DNA from: a virus
Lineage: Duplodnaviria; Caudoviricetes
Reading direction: 5' to 3' (one strand)
IMG/VR virus record: IMGVR_UViG_3300047388_000264
Coordinates: 1-60,180 of that record
Length of the DNA stretch: 60,180 bases
Every line of letters starts with the position of its first letter. Position 1 is the stretch's first letter. The notes under the pieces are model-generated. The model saw only the letters and a list, made by a program, of their open reading frames with translations, ran no database searches and was not told where the DNA came from. Shown here piece after piece: positions 46,165 to 56,648 of this stretch. A program made the position numbers and the translations under genes.

Positions 46165-47096
46165 GCTGGCACCTTGGCGATAAGCCGAGCATACGTCAGG
46201 CGCTTGCCGACGATGGCATCCACAAACGACGCCAGCCGTTCAAGACTGTGGCGCTTGACGTTTCCCTCGTTCAGTCTGAAAGTGAATTCGTCGATGTACC
46301 GCGAAAGGTGCTTGGGACTCGCATGATGGTAAACGCCGTGAATCCCGCGCTTCAGTACGGCCCAAACAGACTCGATAGAGTTCGTGGACACCGGACCCCT
46401 GGCATACTCACCAGCAGCGTGCGAGACGGCATCGTGCCGAAAGAACAAGCCGTCCAGGTCCGAGAAAACCATGTGGTCATCGGTGTACAGTTGCGATCCG
46501 ACTTCCACGTTCGCGTGAATCTCACCGTGGATCGCGTCCAGCGTCCGAAGCTCCGTGACTTTGGCGCGGGTCCGTCCGCCTCGCTCCCGCATTCCGAGTA
46601 CAGCCACCTTGCCGACTGGCCCGCGACCGGCGCGGAGTTTCTTCGATTCGTGTTTGTTGCCCTCTTTGCCACCAAAGAACGCTTCGTCAATCTCCACGAT
46701 GCCGCGCAACTTGTCGATGGAATCAGGGGCGCTACAAGCCTCGCGCAACCGACCGAGCATAAACCAAGCCGTCTTTTGGGTAACGCCGATCTCCTTAGCC
46801 AGTTGCAGGCTGGAGATACCCTTGCGGGCGGTAACGAGCAAGTACATCGCGTACAGCCACTTATTCAGCGGAATCTTGGACCGCTCAAAGATCGTCCCGG
46901 TACGGATCGTGAAATCGAAGTTACAGGCGTTGCAGTGGTAGAAGCCGACGCGCTTGGTTTTGCTGATTCGGTCGCCCTTGCAGTCCGGGCAGACGGTCCC
47001 GTTCGGCCACAGCCGCGCCTCAAAGTAAAGCCGCGCGGCCTCGTTGTCCGGGAACAGCTCGAACAGTTTGAAAGTAGAGATTGTGCTCTTGCTCAT
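46161..47096 (-). CDS. IS1595-family DDE transposase
   Basis: CPDC...CNAC zinc finger, HTH, VEIDE, YTDD, TNSIES, EFTFRLN; TTGACA-17-TATCAT promoter at 47103-47131. Confidence 0.96.
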   Translation of the reverse strand: MSKSTISTFKLFELFPDNEAARLYFEARLWPNGTVCPDCKGDRISKTKRVGFYHCNACNFDFTIRTGTIFERSKIPLNKWLYAMYLLVTARKGISSLQLAKEIGVTQKTAWFMLGRLREACSAPDSIDKLRGIVEIDEAFFGGKEGNKHESKKLRAGRGPVGKVAVLGMRERGGRTRAKVTELRTLDAIHGEIHANVEVGSQLYTDDHMVFSDLDGLFFRHDAVSHAAGEYARGPVSTNSIESVWAVLKRGIHGVYHHASPKHLSRYIDEFTFRLNEGNVKRHSLERLASFVDAIVGKRLTYARLIAKVPA

Positions 47097-47153
47097 GTTT
47101 CAATGATACCTGAGTACAGAGCCGTTGTCAACTATACTCATGTATATAATTCC

Positions 47154-48617
47154 CTAATCATTGCCAAGCGCGGCAACGCCGGAATCCGTCGCCGTGATGA
47201 GATCGCCGCAGCCCTGGTCGATCAGTCCAGCGGATTGCAGTTTGCGGAGGTATTCGTAGCGTGACGTGCTTTTGTATCCCGTCAGCACGGCGATTTGCTC
47301 GCGGGTGACGCCTTGCGCGTGCTGCGCCACGGCGGTTAGAATAGTGCGCTCGCCTTTACTGAGAGCGGAATGTCCGTTCGTGCTGATCGGATCGCCACGC
47401 GAGAATCCCGCGATGGATCGCGTATCGTGAACTGGCGGGACTTCGATGCGGCGAGAATCGAACGGCACGTGGGCTGTTGTTGTTCTGCCGTCCGGCTCCA
47501 CATAGGCCACATTCACAGCGGGAGCGTCCAGCCACGCATCGTTAAGTATCGCTCGCGCCTTGTCGATTGCGGCTGGCACGCCGGCGATTATTTCATACGC
47601 GCGCTTGGTGGCCGCGCGCAGCGCGGCTATCTTGTCGCCATACTCTTTATGCAGCCGGTTAAATTCCTTCGTGGCTTCCGGCTGAGATTGCGCCTTTGCC
47701 AACAATCCCTGAAGATCGCGGATTTGGCGTTTCAGGTCCCCCACGGTCTGCGCTTCCTGCTCGGCCTCATGCGGGAGATCGGCCAGGGTCGCCAGAATGC
47801 GCTTGACGCTCTCTTTCGGCGGCGGCGGGGCAAGCGCGCGTTGCCCGGCGCGCGGGTGCGTGGTGACGACCGGCCCCACCTTCAGTTCGGTTACCTCATC
47901 GCAGAATGCCGGGCCAACCGCGAAGAAGCTGCCCGGCTGAAGCGAGCGTAATTCGGCTTGCTGTTCGCGGCGGTAGAACCCAAGATCATCGGCGGCGCGC
48001 TTCACGTCGATGTCCTGGGAGAAGCGGCCCACGAGTTTATTGATCGCCTGGGCGCTGGCATCCTTAGAAAGCATCGAGGCTCGCTGGCTCGCCAGCAAAC
48101 CGCAAAACCCGCGCTTCCTCCCGCGCGTCATCAGGTCGATTACGGCTTGCGTGGATTCGGCCTTGCCTGACTCCGGGCAAAAATAGGAAGCCTCGTCTAT
48201 CACGATCAGGACCGGGTGCCAAAGGTCCTTCGGCGCGTTTACCAGTTCTTCGAGGAACAGCCGCACGAAGCGCACGCGCTCATGTTGCTTGAGTTCATAA
48301 ATGCCAACGATGGCCGAGACGCGAAGCTCAAGTAATCGGCGCGCAAGCAGGGCCGCGCACCGCACGTCAGCCGGGCAGTCGCCGCCTTGCCGCCCGGCGA
48401 GCACGTAATCGAACTTCTCGCGGAGCGTGGCGAACTCATCCTCGACGTCGATTACGATTTGCTGGACCTTGCCGTGGGTTTGCTCCAGGAGACGGCGAAG
48501 TGCCCACGACTTCCCAGCGCCGGAATTGGCGAGCACTACGGCGCGCGTCTCAATCAACCGCTCCACATCGATGGGGATGGTTTTGCCTTCGGAAGTGGTG
48601 CCGATGGAGGGTTTCAT
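47154..48617 (-). CDS. HerA/FtsK-superfamily (DUF87-like) ATPase, truncated by the IS
   Basis: ANSGAGKS Walker A, VIDEA Walker B, GRKRG, ASQR; its stop TAG is created by the TSD/TIR junction. Confidence 0.88.
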   Translation of the reverse strand: MKPSIGTTSEGKTIPIDVERLIETRAVVLANSGAGKSWALRRLLEQTHGKVQQIVIDVEDEFATLREKFDYVLAGRQGGDCPADVRCAALLARRLLELRVSAIVGIYELKQHERVRFVRLFLEELVNAPKDLWHPVLIVIDEASYFCPESGKAESTQAVIDLMTRGRKRGFCGLLASQRASMLSKDASAQAINKLVGRFSQDIDVKRAADDLGFYRREQQAELRSLQPGSFFAVGPAFCDEVTELKVGPVVTTHPRAGQRALAPPPPKESVKRILATLADLPHEAEQEAQTVGDLKRQIRDLQGLLAKAQSQPEATKEFNRLHKEYGDKIAALRAATKRAYEIIAGVPAAIDKARAILNDAWLDAPAVNVAYVEPDGRTTTAHVPFDSRRIEVPPVHDTRSIAGFSRGDPISTNGHSALSKGERTILTAVAQHAQGVTREQIAVLTGYKSTSRYEYLRKLQSAGLIDQGCGDLITATDSGVAALGND

Positions 48618-48808
48618 TTCAATCCCACTCCACAAAACAGCACCGATCCGCCAGCGTCTCGACAGGCGTTAAACTCACGTTGAAATCCGCGCACTCCCCA
48701 CGCCAGCATCAAAGCGCTGCCGATGAATGCCGCAAAAGCCAAAAGTAGAATGTGCCAGATTTTCATTACCGATCTCAAAAACTGAGGGCGACATCCGCGC
48801 GGCCACCC

Positions 48809-49210
48809 TTATGCCGCTCTGCTTATTCGATGTATTTCGGCGTGATGACTTCGGCAGAGCCAAGTCACCTCAAGAGGTTTTGCGTAATCTTCGTGATGCG
48901 CTTCTGATTTAGGATTCCCGCATCGTACGCATGGCAAACGCGTCAACTTGCCGGATCGCACAGCATGTCGCGCCATATCGCGCGCCTTTAGCTTGGCCGG
49001 AGATTGCCGCAATCTGTTCTCGTATTTCCGCCGCTCGCCTACGGAGCGCGTTTGCAATCCCTTCAGTGACCGCGCGTATTTGGATTCTGTAGCGTGCTGG
49101 CAAGTTCGGCATTGCCGCTGTAGTCCGTCCGCAGTAGCGCTGTTACGGTTGAACTCCAAAGAGTCTTTCTCGATCCGACATGCTGAACAAGTTTTAGGCA
49201 TCGCTTTCAA
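48809..49210 (-). CDS. HNH-like zinc-binding nuclease
   Basis: CSAC...CRTC; CVRCG...AHHEDY.KPL.V.WLCRSHH..IH. Confidence 0.7.
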   Translation of the reverse strand: MKAMPKTCSACRIEKDSLEFNRNSATADGLQRQCRTCQHATESKYARSLKGLQTRSVGERRKYENRLRQSPAKLKARDMARHAVRSGKLTRLPCVRCGNPKSEAHHEDYAKPLEVTWLCRSHHAEIHRISRAA

Positions 49211-49250
49211 AAAGTGGCGCGGCCCCTCCCCCTTGGATTGACCGCGCCAT
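49208..49250 (-). terminator. Intrinsic terminator-like hairpin
   Basis: tggcgcgg...ccgcgcca followed by cttttt on the minus strand. Confidence 0.45.
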
Positions 49251-49571
49251 CATCCGCCGCCCTAAGGAAGCGACGGCGAAACCATTTACAGCGCTACCAG
49301 CTTCCGCGCGCTCGCCACGATAGCGTCCCGAAGGTCGCTCACTTGCGAGGGCGTCACGGTTCCCTGGCGGAACGCTTCAGCTATGCTCGGAACCTGCTCG
49401 GCAAGGTCGATGATGTGCTGAACCTCCGGGTTAACCGGCAAAAGTGGAACCTCTGAGGTTGTTGCTTCCAGCGCTGTAGCGCTCACGTTGTTCATAATAG
49501 TCGCTCTCCTTTGTTCAAGTTTCTTGCGGTGCTTCTGGCGTAGCATTTGTGACTACCTCCTGCTTTTCAGG

Positions 49572-50975
49572 TTAAGGCTTCTTGCCCTTGCGCCCTTCCC
49601 GTTGCGCCGTGATCTCGTCTTCCAGATCGAAGATGATCTCCTCCGCGATCTCCGCAGGCACCTCCGTGCGCCAATGCCCAATCGCAAAGCCATCGGGATA
49701 CTTCCGGCGAGCCTTCGCCATGATCAGATAAAACGGCTTGTCGCCCACCTTGGCGCGATAGCCTTCGAGCAGCGCAATGTGCGCCGGTATTTCCGGGGCG
49801 GGAGAGTCCGTCGCCTTGCTGGACGCTTCAGCCGTGCCAGCGTGCCCGATCTGACCTGAAGAGTCAGCCGGAGCGGTCGAGGTGCCTCCCGCCTTGTCAT
49901 CCGTTGCGGTCTGTCGCGTGGATGTTCCTTGGCCGGATTGGGGAGCCGGAGCCTCGGAGGTAGCTATGGACTCCCCGTTTTGCGTGTCATGCGCGCCGCT
50001 ACCGGCAGCGGCTTCCGAAGTAGAGGACGCCACTTCAGAACTCTTGCGAAGTCGATCTTTGAGCGCGGAGGTGCGGGACTTGTCAATCATGGGCGGCTCC
50101 GCCACGCCGGCCTGCTCTTGCGCCGTTCGCCTGTCCGCTACCAATTCGCGCCACGTGACATGCCCTTCGCGGATCGCGGTGAACACTTCGCGCAACCCCA
50201 CCAGTTCAGCCGGGGCAATTTGCGCGAGTTCGCAACCGAGATAATCTTTGAGTTGCGAAGGCAGCACGCCAAGCGATGCGAAGGCGTCCGCAATGGCCTT
50301 GCGTTCCGCTTCGGGATCGTCCAGCACTTTTTTATTTAGTGTCGCTTCAATCGCGGTCTTAGCCTCTTCGAGCAAACCGGGAGGGATGAGGCGCTGGCCG
50401 TTCGTGCGCTGCGCCTTCGAGATCGCGGAGCCCTCCTTGCTCAGTAGTTCCTCGTCCGTGGCGCGCACGATAGCGATACGCCCGCCGTCTGCCTTCTGGC
50501 GAATCCTGACTACTTCGCGTCCGGTGGAATCTTGACGCTCAACCGTCTTTTGCACCGTGACGTCGCGCTCCCAGGTGACGTTCCGTTCCAGGTCGATCAC
50601 GGTTGCGCGGATCGTGCGCCGCTCGTCATCTTCGTAGATCACATAACTTGGACAATACAGATTGCCCATGAGTGCGAGGGTCCGCTCCACGAAGCGAATC
50701 GTGAACCCTTCGCCACGATTCGGGATCTTGTAACGCGCGGCCTTGGCGAACTCGAAGCGCTCGCAATCGGCCAGCACGCGCACGCGCACATCGTCCCAGT
50801 CTCGCGGGTTACGCTCGCTGTATACGAATCTTGCCTCCACCTCTGCTTTCGCGCGGGCAGAGAGTGTGATCGCGGCCATCTCCGCGCTCAGACGGCGCTC
50901 GGTTGCGGCGAACTCATCGCGGACGGCAATGTTGCGCCGGTCGATGGTGGATAGGGCTTCGGTGGGCGTGCTCAT
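49572..50975 (-). CDS. Putative recombination / single-strand annealing protein
   Basis: Same operon as the YqaJ exonuclease; AEVEA...NPRD...IRFVE motifs and a long low-complexity linker. Family not firmly identified. Confidence 0.55.
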   Translation of the reverse strand: MSTPTEALSTIDRRNIAVRDEFAATERRLSAEMAAITLSARAKAEVEARFVYSERNPRDWDDVRVRVLADCERFEFAKAARYKIPNRGEGFTIRFVERTLALMGNLYCPSYVIYEDDERRTIRATVIDLERNVTWERDVTVQKTVERQDSTGREVVRIRQKADGGRIAIVRATDEELLSKEGSAISKAQRTNGQRLIPPGLLEEAKTAIEATLNKKVLDDPEAERKAIADAFASLGVLPSQLKDYLGCELAQIAPAELVGLREVFTAIREGHVTWRELVADRRTAQEQAGVAEPPMIDKSRTSALKDRLRKSSEVASSTSEAAAGSGAHDTQNGESIATSEAPAPQSGQGTSTRQTATDDKAGGTSTAPADSSGQIGHAGTAEASSKATDSPAPEIPAHIALLEGYRAKVGDKPFYLIMAKARRKYPDGFAIGHWRTEVPAEIAEEIIFDLEDEITAQREGRKGKKP

Positions 50976-52102
50976 TTGGTTCCTCCGTTAGTCTTAAGAT
51001 TCGGCGTGAAGCAAGAGGATGCCTTGCCGGATCGCGTCACATCACACCACAGCCACGGCAGACGGCCTTGGGAGTAGCGCAATACAGCCTCGGTATTAGT
51101 TGTCCAGCCGCGTCTACCGTCCGCGTAATCGAAGCCAAGCGTTAGGGCGTCGGCATTCCAGAGTTCGCGCGGACGCACATTGCCGTGCCAGATGCTCACG
51201 TTGTAGTACGAGCAAGATTCCATGCCGCACGCGATTCCAGACAGCACAATCATCAAAATCCCAAGCGGGAAAGAAATGATGTATTTCATTGCTCGCTCCA
51301 CTCGACCATTGGGCATATCCGCGCTTTCTTGGCCTTGATCCATTCAACGAATACCGGAGGTCCGCGCCGTTTGCGCCCGCCGGTATCATCGGGTTCTGAT
51401 CCTTGGTTCGCGCCGTAGACTCCCACTAAATACAGAATCAGCGCGACAATGCCGCCAGTTAGAGCCGTACCGCCGAATATTTCCAACACGTGAAGCCAGC
51501 CAGTCACTCCGAAGAGATAGCGCGGAAGCCAGTACAGGGCTACTAGCGGAGCCGCGATAAAAAGCAGTTGCATGGCGAATACGAACGGAATGCCGATCAC
51601 GATAGTTCTGACGAAGTGGCATAGATTCGTGCCCCGTACGACGTAGTTGATATCGAGCGGCCCGCCGTTCAGGGCCTCCTCTAGCCGGATACCGAAGGCA
51701 AACAGGCGGAATATTCGCGTGTGTTTTGGAACTATCAATTGCTGGATCACTTCCCCTCCTCTTGTTTCCTGTAATACGCCATCCCGTTCTCGAACTTCTC
51801 AAACACCAGCACGGTCTTGATGGTCACTTCGCGCGGGCAGATGGCCTCACCCGCTCCGTTGAAAGTCACGTCCACGTCAAAGCGCGCTTCGATCCGGTTG
51901 GAGGGATCGCGGAACATGGCGGGGAGCTTCATGCGTCCCTCTTCGCGTATTCCGTCGCCGCGAACTCTAAGGCCGCATCTCCCGCGTCTCCGGTTTGCTC
52001 AACCACGATTCGGAGCGCGAGCACCAGCCGGTTGATCGTGAACGGCAGTATCGGGTGATGCAGCGGGCCGTTGATGATTTCATTGAAGCGTTCCGTGGTC
52101 AC
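50972..52102 (-). CDS. Small accessory ORFs including membrane protein 51286-51750
   Basis: Overlapping ORFs; two TM helices in 51286-51750. Confidence 0.45.
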
Positions 52103-52350
52103 GCTACGGACCTCCCGGCCAACGTGGGCAGTGGCTTCCCTTCCTTCAGCGCGACACAGGAGATGGAGACGAACGCCGTAGCGATGTAATCAACGGTCGG
52201 TTGTTTGTCGATCTCTTGACCGGGCCGGTAGTGTCGCCAGATTAGATCCTGGACGGCCTTTGGAACCATTCGCCAATGCGCAAGGCACATGTGCATCTTG
52301 GGCGGTACGGGTGTTGAGCATCCGACCGCATGGCACTGATGGGCGCTCAC
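52099..52350 (-). CDS. Small Zn-binding phage protein
   Basis: CHAVGC...MCLAHWRMVP. Confidence 0.6.
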   Translation of the reverse strand: MSAHQCHAVGCSTPVPPKMHMCLAHWRMVPKAVQDLIWRHYRPGQEIDKQPTVDYIATAFVSISCVALKEGKPLPTLAGRSVA

Positions 52351-53315
52351 GACTTCGCCTCCGAAACGCGCACATCTAAACGGCGATATCCCGGCCTAGT
52401 CACCCCGTAAAACTGCTTTTGCAGCCGCTCCAGATCGTCGCCAGCGGCCCACCGCGCAAGGGCTTCGTAATCGTAGCCAGTCGAATCCTTGATGCGTTTA
52501 TAGGTGATTCGGTCGTGTCCCGCAAACCGGAAACCATCATCATCCCCAATCGCCGCCTTCAGCTTCACTTCGGCGTCATCGTATTGATCCTTCGCGGCCT
52601 TCAGGACGGCGCGCTTGAGCAGGAAGTCCTCAATGATTACGGCTTCTTCGCCGGTCGGAACTCGCAATATCCCGTTGCCTCTAGGGTGTTTGTGCTTTAA
52701 GAAAGCTGAAGCGGTCGGCGTGGCTGTCATCGGCGGGGGGACGTTGGCAAGCACGTGCTTGCGCCAGAACTCATCCCCGGCTTCGAGCAGCATTCCTTCA
52801 AGTTCGAGATCGCGGAGGACGGTATAGATTCTTAATTCGCTGCCGGTGCACGCGGCCACGTCCCACCAATAACAATCGAGCGTTGAGCACGTCCATTGAC
52901 ACTGAAGCGAGACGTGATCCGGTACGGCGTCCGTTCCTGGATCACCAAATTCGTAGAATTGGTCCATCGCCACGGCCTTGCAATCCACGCCGCCATTCCA
53001 GCCCCTACGCTCCGGCGAAGTTCGTACATAGGCATCCGGCGTACAGCATTGCCACGGGCGCTTGGGATGCACCACCGTGCGATCCGACCATTCAACCTCG
53101 AAGCCCGTCTCTTGCGCGTAGGCGTCCGCTATGCCGCGCTCGATTGCCTTACCCACGCGCATCCGTGGGTTCGTTTCAATCGGCACGCCCTGAAGCTCTC
53201 CGGTCTTGCGCGCCCACAGATCCCACGCGGATAGATAGGGGTTAACGCCCATCACGGCGCTGATTTCGGAAGCCCCGAGGGCCTTGCGGCGAAGCGGGGA
53301 GACGGCGGCGCTCAT
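52347..53315 (-). CDS. YqaJ / lambda-exonuclease-like recombination nuclease
   Basis: LGASE...NPY.S...LW..K, G..IE, TPDA, VDCK, Q.QW. Confidence 0.9.
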   Translation of the reverse strand: MSAAVSPLRRKALGASEISAVMGVNPYLSAWDLWARKTGELQGVPIETNPRMRVGKAIERGIADAYAQETGFEVEWSDRTVVHPKRPWQCCTPDAYVRTSPERRGWNGGVDCKAVAMDQFYEFGDPGTDAVPDHVSLQCQWTCSTLDCYWWDVAACTGSELRIYTVLRDLELEGMLLEAGDEFWRKHVLANVPPPMTATPTASAFLKHKHPRGNGILRVPTGEEAVIIEDFLLKRAVLKAAKDQYDDAEVKLKAAIGDDDGFRFAGHDRITYKRIKDSTGYDYEALARWAAGDDLERLQKQFYGVTRPGYRRLDVRVSEAKS

Positions 53316-54039
53316 CCTTTCCTCTCCGGCCCCAAAAAGGTAGGCAGCACGATCCCGCTGCCCCTAAGCGCATTTTCGATATTGGCGATGCTTGCGGCCA
53401 GTTGCTCTTGCTGAAGCGAGAGGCCAAGTATCTGGACGGCAATTATGTCGGACATGGCAAGACAGACGGCACGTACGGTGCAATCATCCGTGCTCGGTGG
53501 ATTTCCCCAGTGATCCACTAGCCGCTGTCCTGCCCCGGCGAGCATAGCTATCGACTTGTCCACAACATTCTTTTGCTTTTGCAGCCCGGCCAGTTGCGCG
53601 CGGGCTTGCTCGGGGGTGAGTTGGAGGTTCATGCGGCTACGCCTTTGGTCCATTTGCGCCTTGTCGGATTAGCGCCAAGCGCCACAATGTCATTTACGAA
53701 ACGACCCCAGGTTACCATTAGAGATCGAGGGCTTATATTTATCACGTGCTTATTCAGGGGCGCTTTCAGGACTAGATGAATCGCGTTCTTCCAGAAGGGG
53801 CAACCTTCTAGGCGCACCACATAGAAGTCAACCTTCTCATTGAGGATTCCGTGGCGGTGAATGTTCACATTCCATCGGCCCTTGGAGTAGGACGAACACT
53901 TGGCCTCTATGCGCAGGCCGTTCACTTCAAAGTCCCATGGGTGACCGTATGGCATCGCCCGCGTCGGCCCCACTTGGTTGGATAGCCACGCGTAAATCTT
54001 ATGTTGCCCAGATCCCCCGGTTGTGCGACTAAACTTCAT
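53312..54039 (-). CDS. Coiled-coil ORF 53312-53632 and PD-(D/E)xK-like ORF 53629-54039
   Basis: PWDFEVNGLRIEAK in the second ORF. Confidence 0.5.
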
Positions 54040-54188
54040 GCGGCGTGTTTCCTTGCGGCTTCTTCTAGCCACTTTTCAGCCAACCGATGAAGCTGGTAGC
54101 CTTCTCGTTTCGCAATCGCCGCCAGCTTCGCGTGGAGCACGGAGGCAATAGCAATGGTTTTCTTGCCGTTCTTGGTCTGCTTCGGCAC
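54036..54188 (-). CDS. 50-aa ribbon-helix-helix (Arc/CopG-like) regulator (not in ORF track)
   Basis: KKTIAIASVLHAKLAAIAKREGYQLHRLAEKWLEEA; first gene of the leftward early operon. Confidence 0.6.
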   Translation of the reverse strand: MPKQTKNGKKTIAIASVLHAKLAAIAKREGYQLHRLAEKWLEEAARKHAA

Positions 54189-54195
54189 GTACAAC

Positions 54196-54257
54196 AACGT
54201 ATCATAAAAAACATTTGCATGTCAAGGCTTGCATTCAAATACTTTCTATGCTACCCT
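54196..54257. promoter_or_regulatory. Back-to-back divergent promoters
   Basis: Minus: TTGACA-18-TACGTT (TG extended). Plus: TTGCAT-17-TACCCT (TG extended). The two spacers resemble each other. Confidence 0.6.
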
Positions 54258-54294
54258 TGTAATCAAGTCCGCTACCTACGGACAGGAGCGCATC

Positions 54295-55085
54295 ATGAAT
54301 CTCTGGCTACCGACCATCCCCTATTCCCTAATCGACTGCATCAACCGCGTTGCAGCCGCGCAAGGATCACCCCGCTACGCTATGGCCGCTTCGGATGCCG
54401 ATTACAACGGACATTACGTGATCGTGGATCAAAGCCCGGTGCGCCCCGGCTGGCGCGCGCACTACACATGGGCCGGTATCAACTGGCTGACTCGCGGCGC
54501 GGACGTTCGCCATGCCCTCCGTGTCGCGCACGATGAATACAAACGCGGAGCTAAGGGCGCTACCGTGCTGGCCGCAGCTATCCCTGAAGACGCCGTGGAC
54601 TTCGCGCGGTCGCTCGGATACGTGGACTATTCCGAAGAGATCGGCGCGGCGCACTACGCGACGTGGAAAGATGCGCGATTCGAGGAAGTCGGTAGCGCCA
54701 TGCGGTACGAACGGCAGTTGGGTTGCCCGGCTGTCGGGTTTCTGGCGAACTCCAAAACGCTGGAAGAGTACAAGGCGAAGGTGGATGCGTTCTTTCAGGA
54801 ACAGCGGGCGCGGAGGGTGGCGCGATGACAACCAATCTCGCCGTCATCTACCCCAAGTCGCGCGGTACGCGCCACCTCTACCGCGCCGAAGAGATCAAGG
54901 ACGAAACCGGAAAGATCACCGGCAAGCGCGGCGTGCCGGATGGTCATGAAGAGTTCTGGTATGAAACCTCTATCGACCTGAAGGAACTCGCCGGGCTCGC
55001 CGCGAAGGCCGCTAAGAATGCTTCGCTGAAGGCGAAGGATGGCCCGTTGCGGGTGAAGATTCTGGCGAAGCGGAGGATAGCATGA
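54295..55085 (+). CDS. Two hypothetical early proteins (54295-54828, 54825-55085)
   Basis: AGGAG SD; ATGA overlaps. Confidence 0.6.
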
Positions 55086-56077
55086 AAATCTGCTACGTCT
55101 CCCGCGATTTCTCGGAATCGTCGCAAAAGACGATCCGCGTTGCCAATCAGATTCTTGAGGACTACGCCGCGCAAGGGTACGACCTGACACTGCGGCAGCT
55201 TTACTATCAGTTCGTTTCTCGTGCGCTGATCCCGAACAGTGACCGCGAATACAAGAAACTCGGCTCCGTCATCAACGATGCGCGACTGGCCGGTCTGATC
55301 GACTGGGATCACATCACGGATCGCACGCGCAACCTTCAGAAAAACTCGCACTGGGATTCCCCGAAGGACATCATCGAAACGTGCGCGTCCCAATTCCAGT
55401 ACGACAAGTGGGCGAAGCAAAAGAACTACGTGGAGGTGTGGGTAGAAAAGGATGCGCTGGTGGGCGTGCTACAAGTGGCGTGCGCTCCGCTGGACGTGCC
55501 GTACTTCTCTTGCCGTGGGTATACCTCCCAGTCCGAAATGTGGAGTGCCGGACAAAGACTCCTGAAGCAATATCGGGCAGGGAAGCGCGTTCATGTCATC
55601 CACCTGGGAGATCATGATCCGAGTGGGATCGACATGAGCCGCGATATCGAAGACCGGATACGCATGTTCATGACCCATCACATCATCCGTGATTACGCTA
55701 AGGCGAACCCGCAAAACAACGGTGAGTCGGTTGACGAATGGGCGGAACGGATTCGCAATTCGGAACTAATGACGATTCAACCGTTAAATCTCAACCGGAT
55801 CGCGCTCAACATGGATCAGGTTCGGGAGTACGAACCGCCTCCGAACCCGGCGAAACTCAGCGATTCACGCGCTACGGGCTACATCGCGGAACATGGTGAC
55901 GAATCGTGGGAACTTGACGCGCTGGAACCTGCCGTGCTCACGGCGCTGATCCGCAACGAGGTATTCGCGTTGCGCGACGTGGATCTATGGGACGCCTCAG
56001 TAAAGGAGGAAGAGAAAGCGCGCGGTCAACTGAAGAAAGTTGCCGCTAAATGGCAGCAAGTCACCGAATCGCTTTGA
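55082..56077 (+). CDS. Topo VI-A / JetD-like TOPRIM-domain protein
   Basis: TLRQLYY, VWVEKDAL, GDHDPSG, WELDALEP. Confidence 0.8.
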   Translation: MKICYVSRDFSESSQKTIRVANQILEDYAAQGYDLTLRQLYYQFVSRALIPNSDREYKKLGSVINDARLAGLIDWDHITDRTRNLQKNSHWDSPKDIIETCASQFQYDKWAKQKNYVEVWVEKDALVGVLQVACAPLDVPYFSCRGYTSQSEMWSAGQRLLKQYRAGKRVHVIHLGDHDPSGIDMSRDIEDRIRMFMTHHIIRDYAKANPQNNGESVDEWAERIRNSELMTIQPLNLNRIALNMDQVREYEPPPNPAKLSDSRATGYIAEHGDESWELDALEPAVLTALIRNEVFALRDVDLWDASVKEEEKARGQLKKVAAKWQQVTESL

Positions 56078-56183
56078 TCTCTGCCGCGCCCCTCCCGTCT
56101 CTCAGTCGGCTCCGGGCGCGGCCTAGCGTGGGGCTGGTAACCCTCAGCCACGGTACGCAAGCCGTGGTATACTCTTTCCAACC

Positions 56184-56648
56184 GTGAGCGAGCTATCCGA
56201 AGCCATCGCGAACCTCCACCAAGTCACCCCCTTGCTTTCTCGCGGTGCGCAGCCCGATCTCGCGGCCTACCCCTTGCTCGCGGCTTCCGGCGTCAAGCTG
56301 GTTGTCAACCTCCGAGACGATCCGCTACCGATGGAGCCGCAAGCCGTATTGGACGCCGGGATGAAGTACGCCGCGTTCCCGATGAACGGATGGGAAAGGC
56401 CGAATAAGACCGAAGTCGATGCAATCCTGGGCGTGGTGATCGGGTCGGTTCTCAAAAGCCAAGGGGCGTTCATCCATTGTCTCCACGGTGACGATAGGAC
56501 CGGCGTGATATGCGCGTGCTACCGAATCCGTCACGATGGATGGTCTAACCACGCGGCGATTGAGGAAGCGGAAGCGGATCACATGAGCCCGCTTGAGATT
56601 TTCATGAGAGACTTTTTGGAGGAGTATGACCCGCGAGGTCAAGCGTGA
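56184..56648 (+). CDS. Dual-specificity (Cys-based) phosphatase
   Basis: RGAQP, VVNLR, HCLHGDDRTG (CX5R). Confidence 0.9.
   Translation: MSELSEAIANLHQVTPLLSRGAQPDLAAYPLLAASGVKLVVNLRDDPLPMEPQAVLDAGMKYAAFPMNGWERPNKTEVDAILGVVIGSVLKSQGAFIHCLHGDDRTGVICACYRIRHDGWSNHAAIEEAEADHMSPLEIFMRDFLEEYDPRGQA

Larger units (their letters stand above)
45351..47154 (-). mobile_element. IS1595-family insertion sequence with passenger genes (1804 bp)
   Basis: Perfect 25-bp TIRs gggaattatatacatgagtatagtt (45351-45375 and 47130-47154); 8-bp TSD taatcatt (45343-45350 and 47155-47162). Confidence 0.96.

Noticed and set aside
47154-48617. HerA-like ATPase as the genome packaging motor
   Set aside because: It has long C-terminal wHTH repeats, lies in the early region and is IS-interrupted; not excluded, but unsupported.
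56078-56183. tRNA or other RNA gene
   Set aside because: Short hairpins only; no T-loop or cloverleaf. No tRNA was recognised anywhere in the window.
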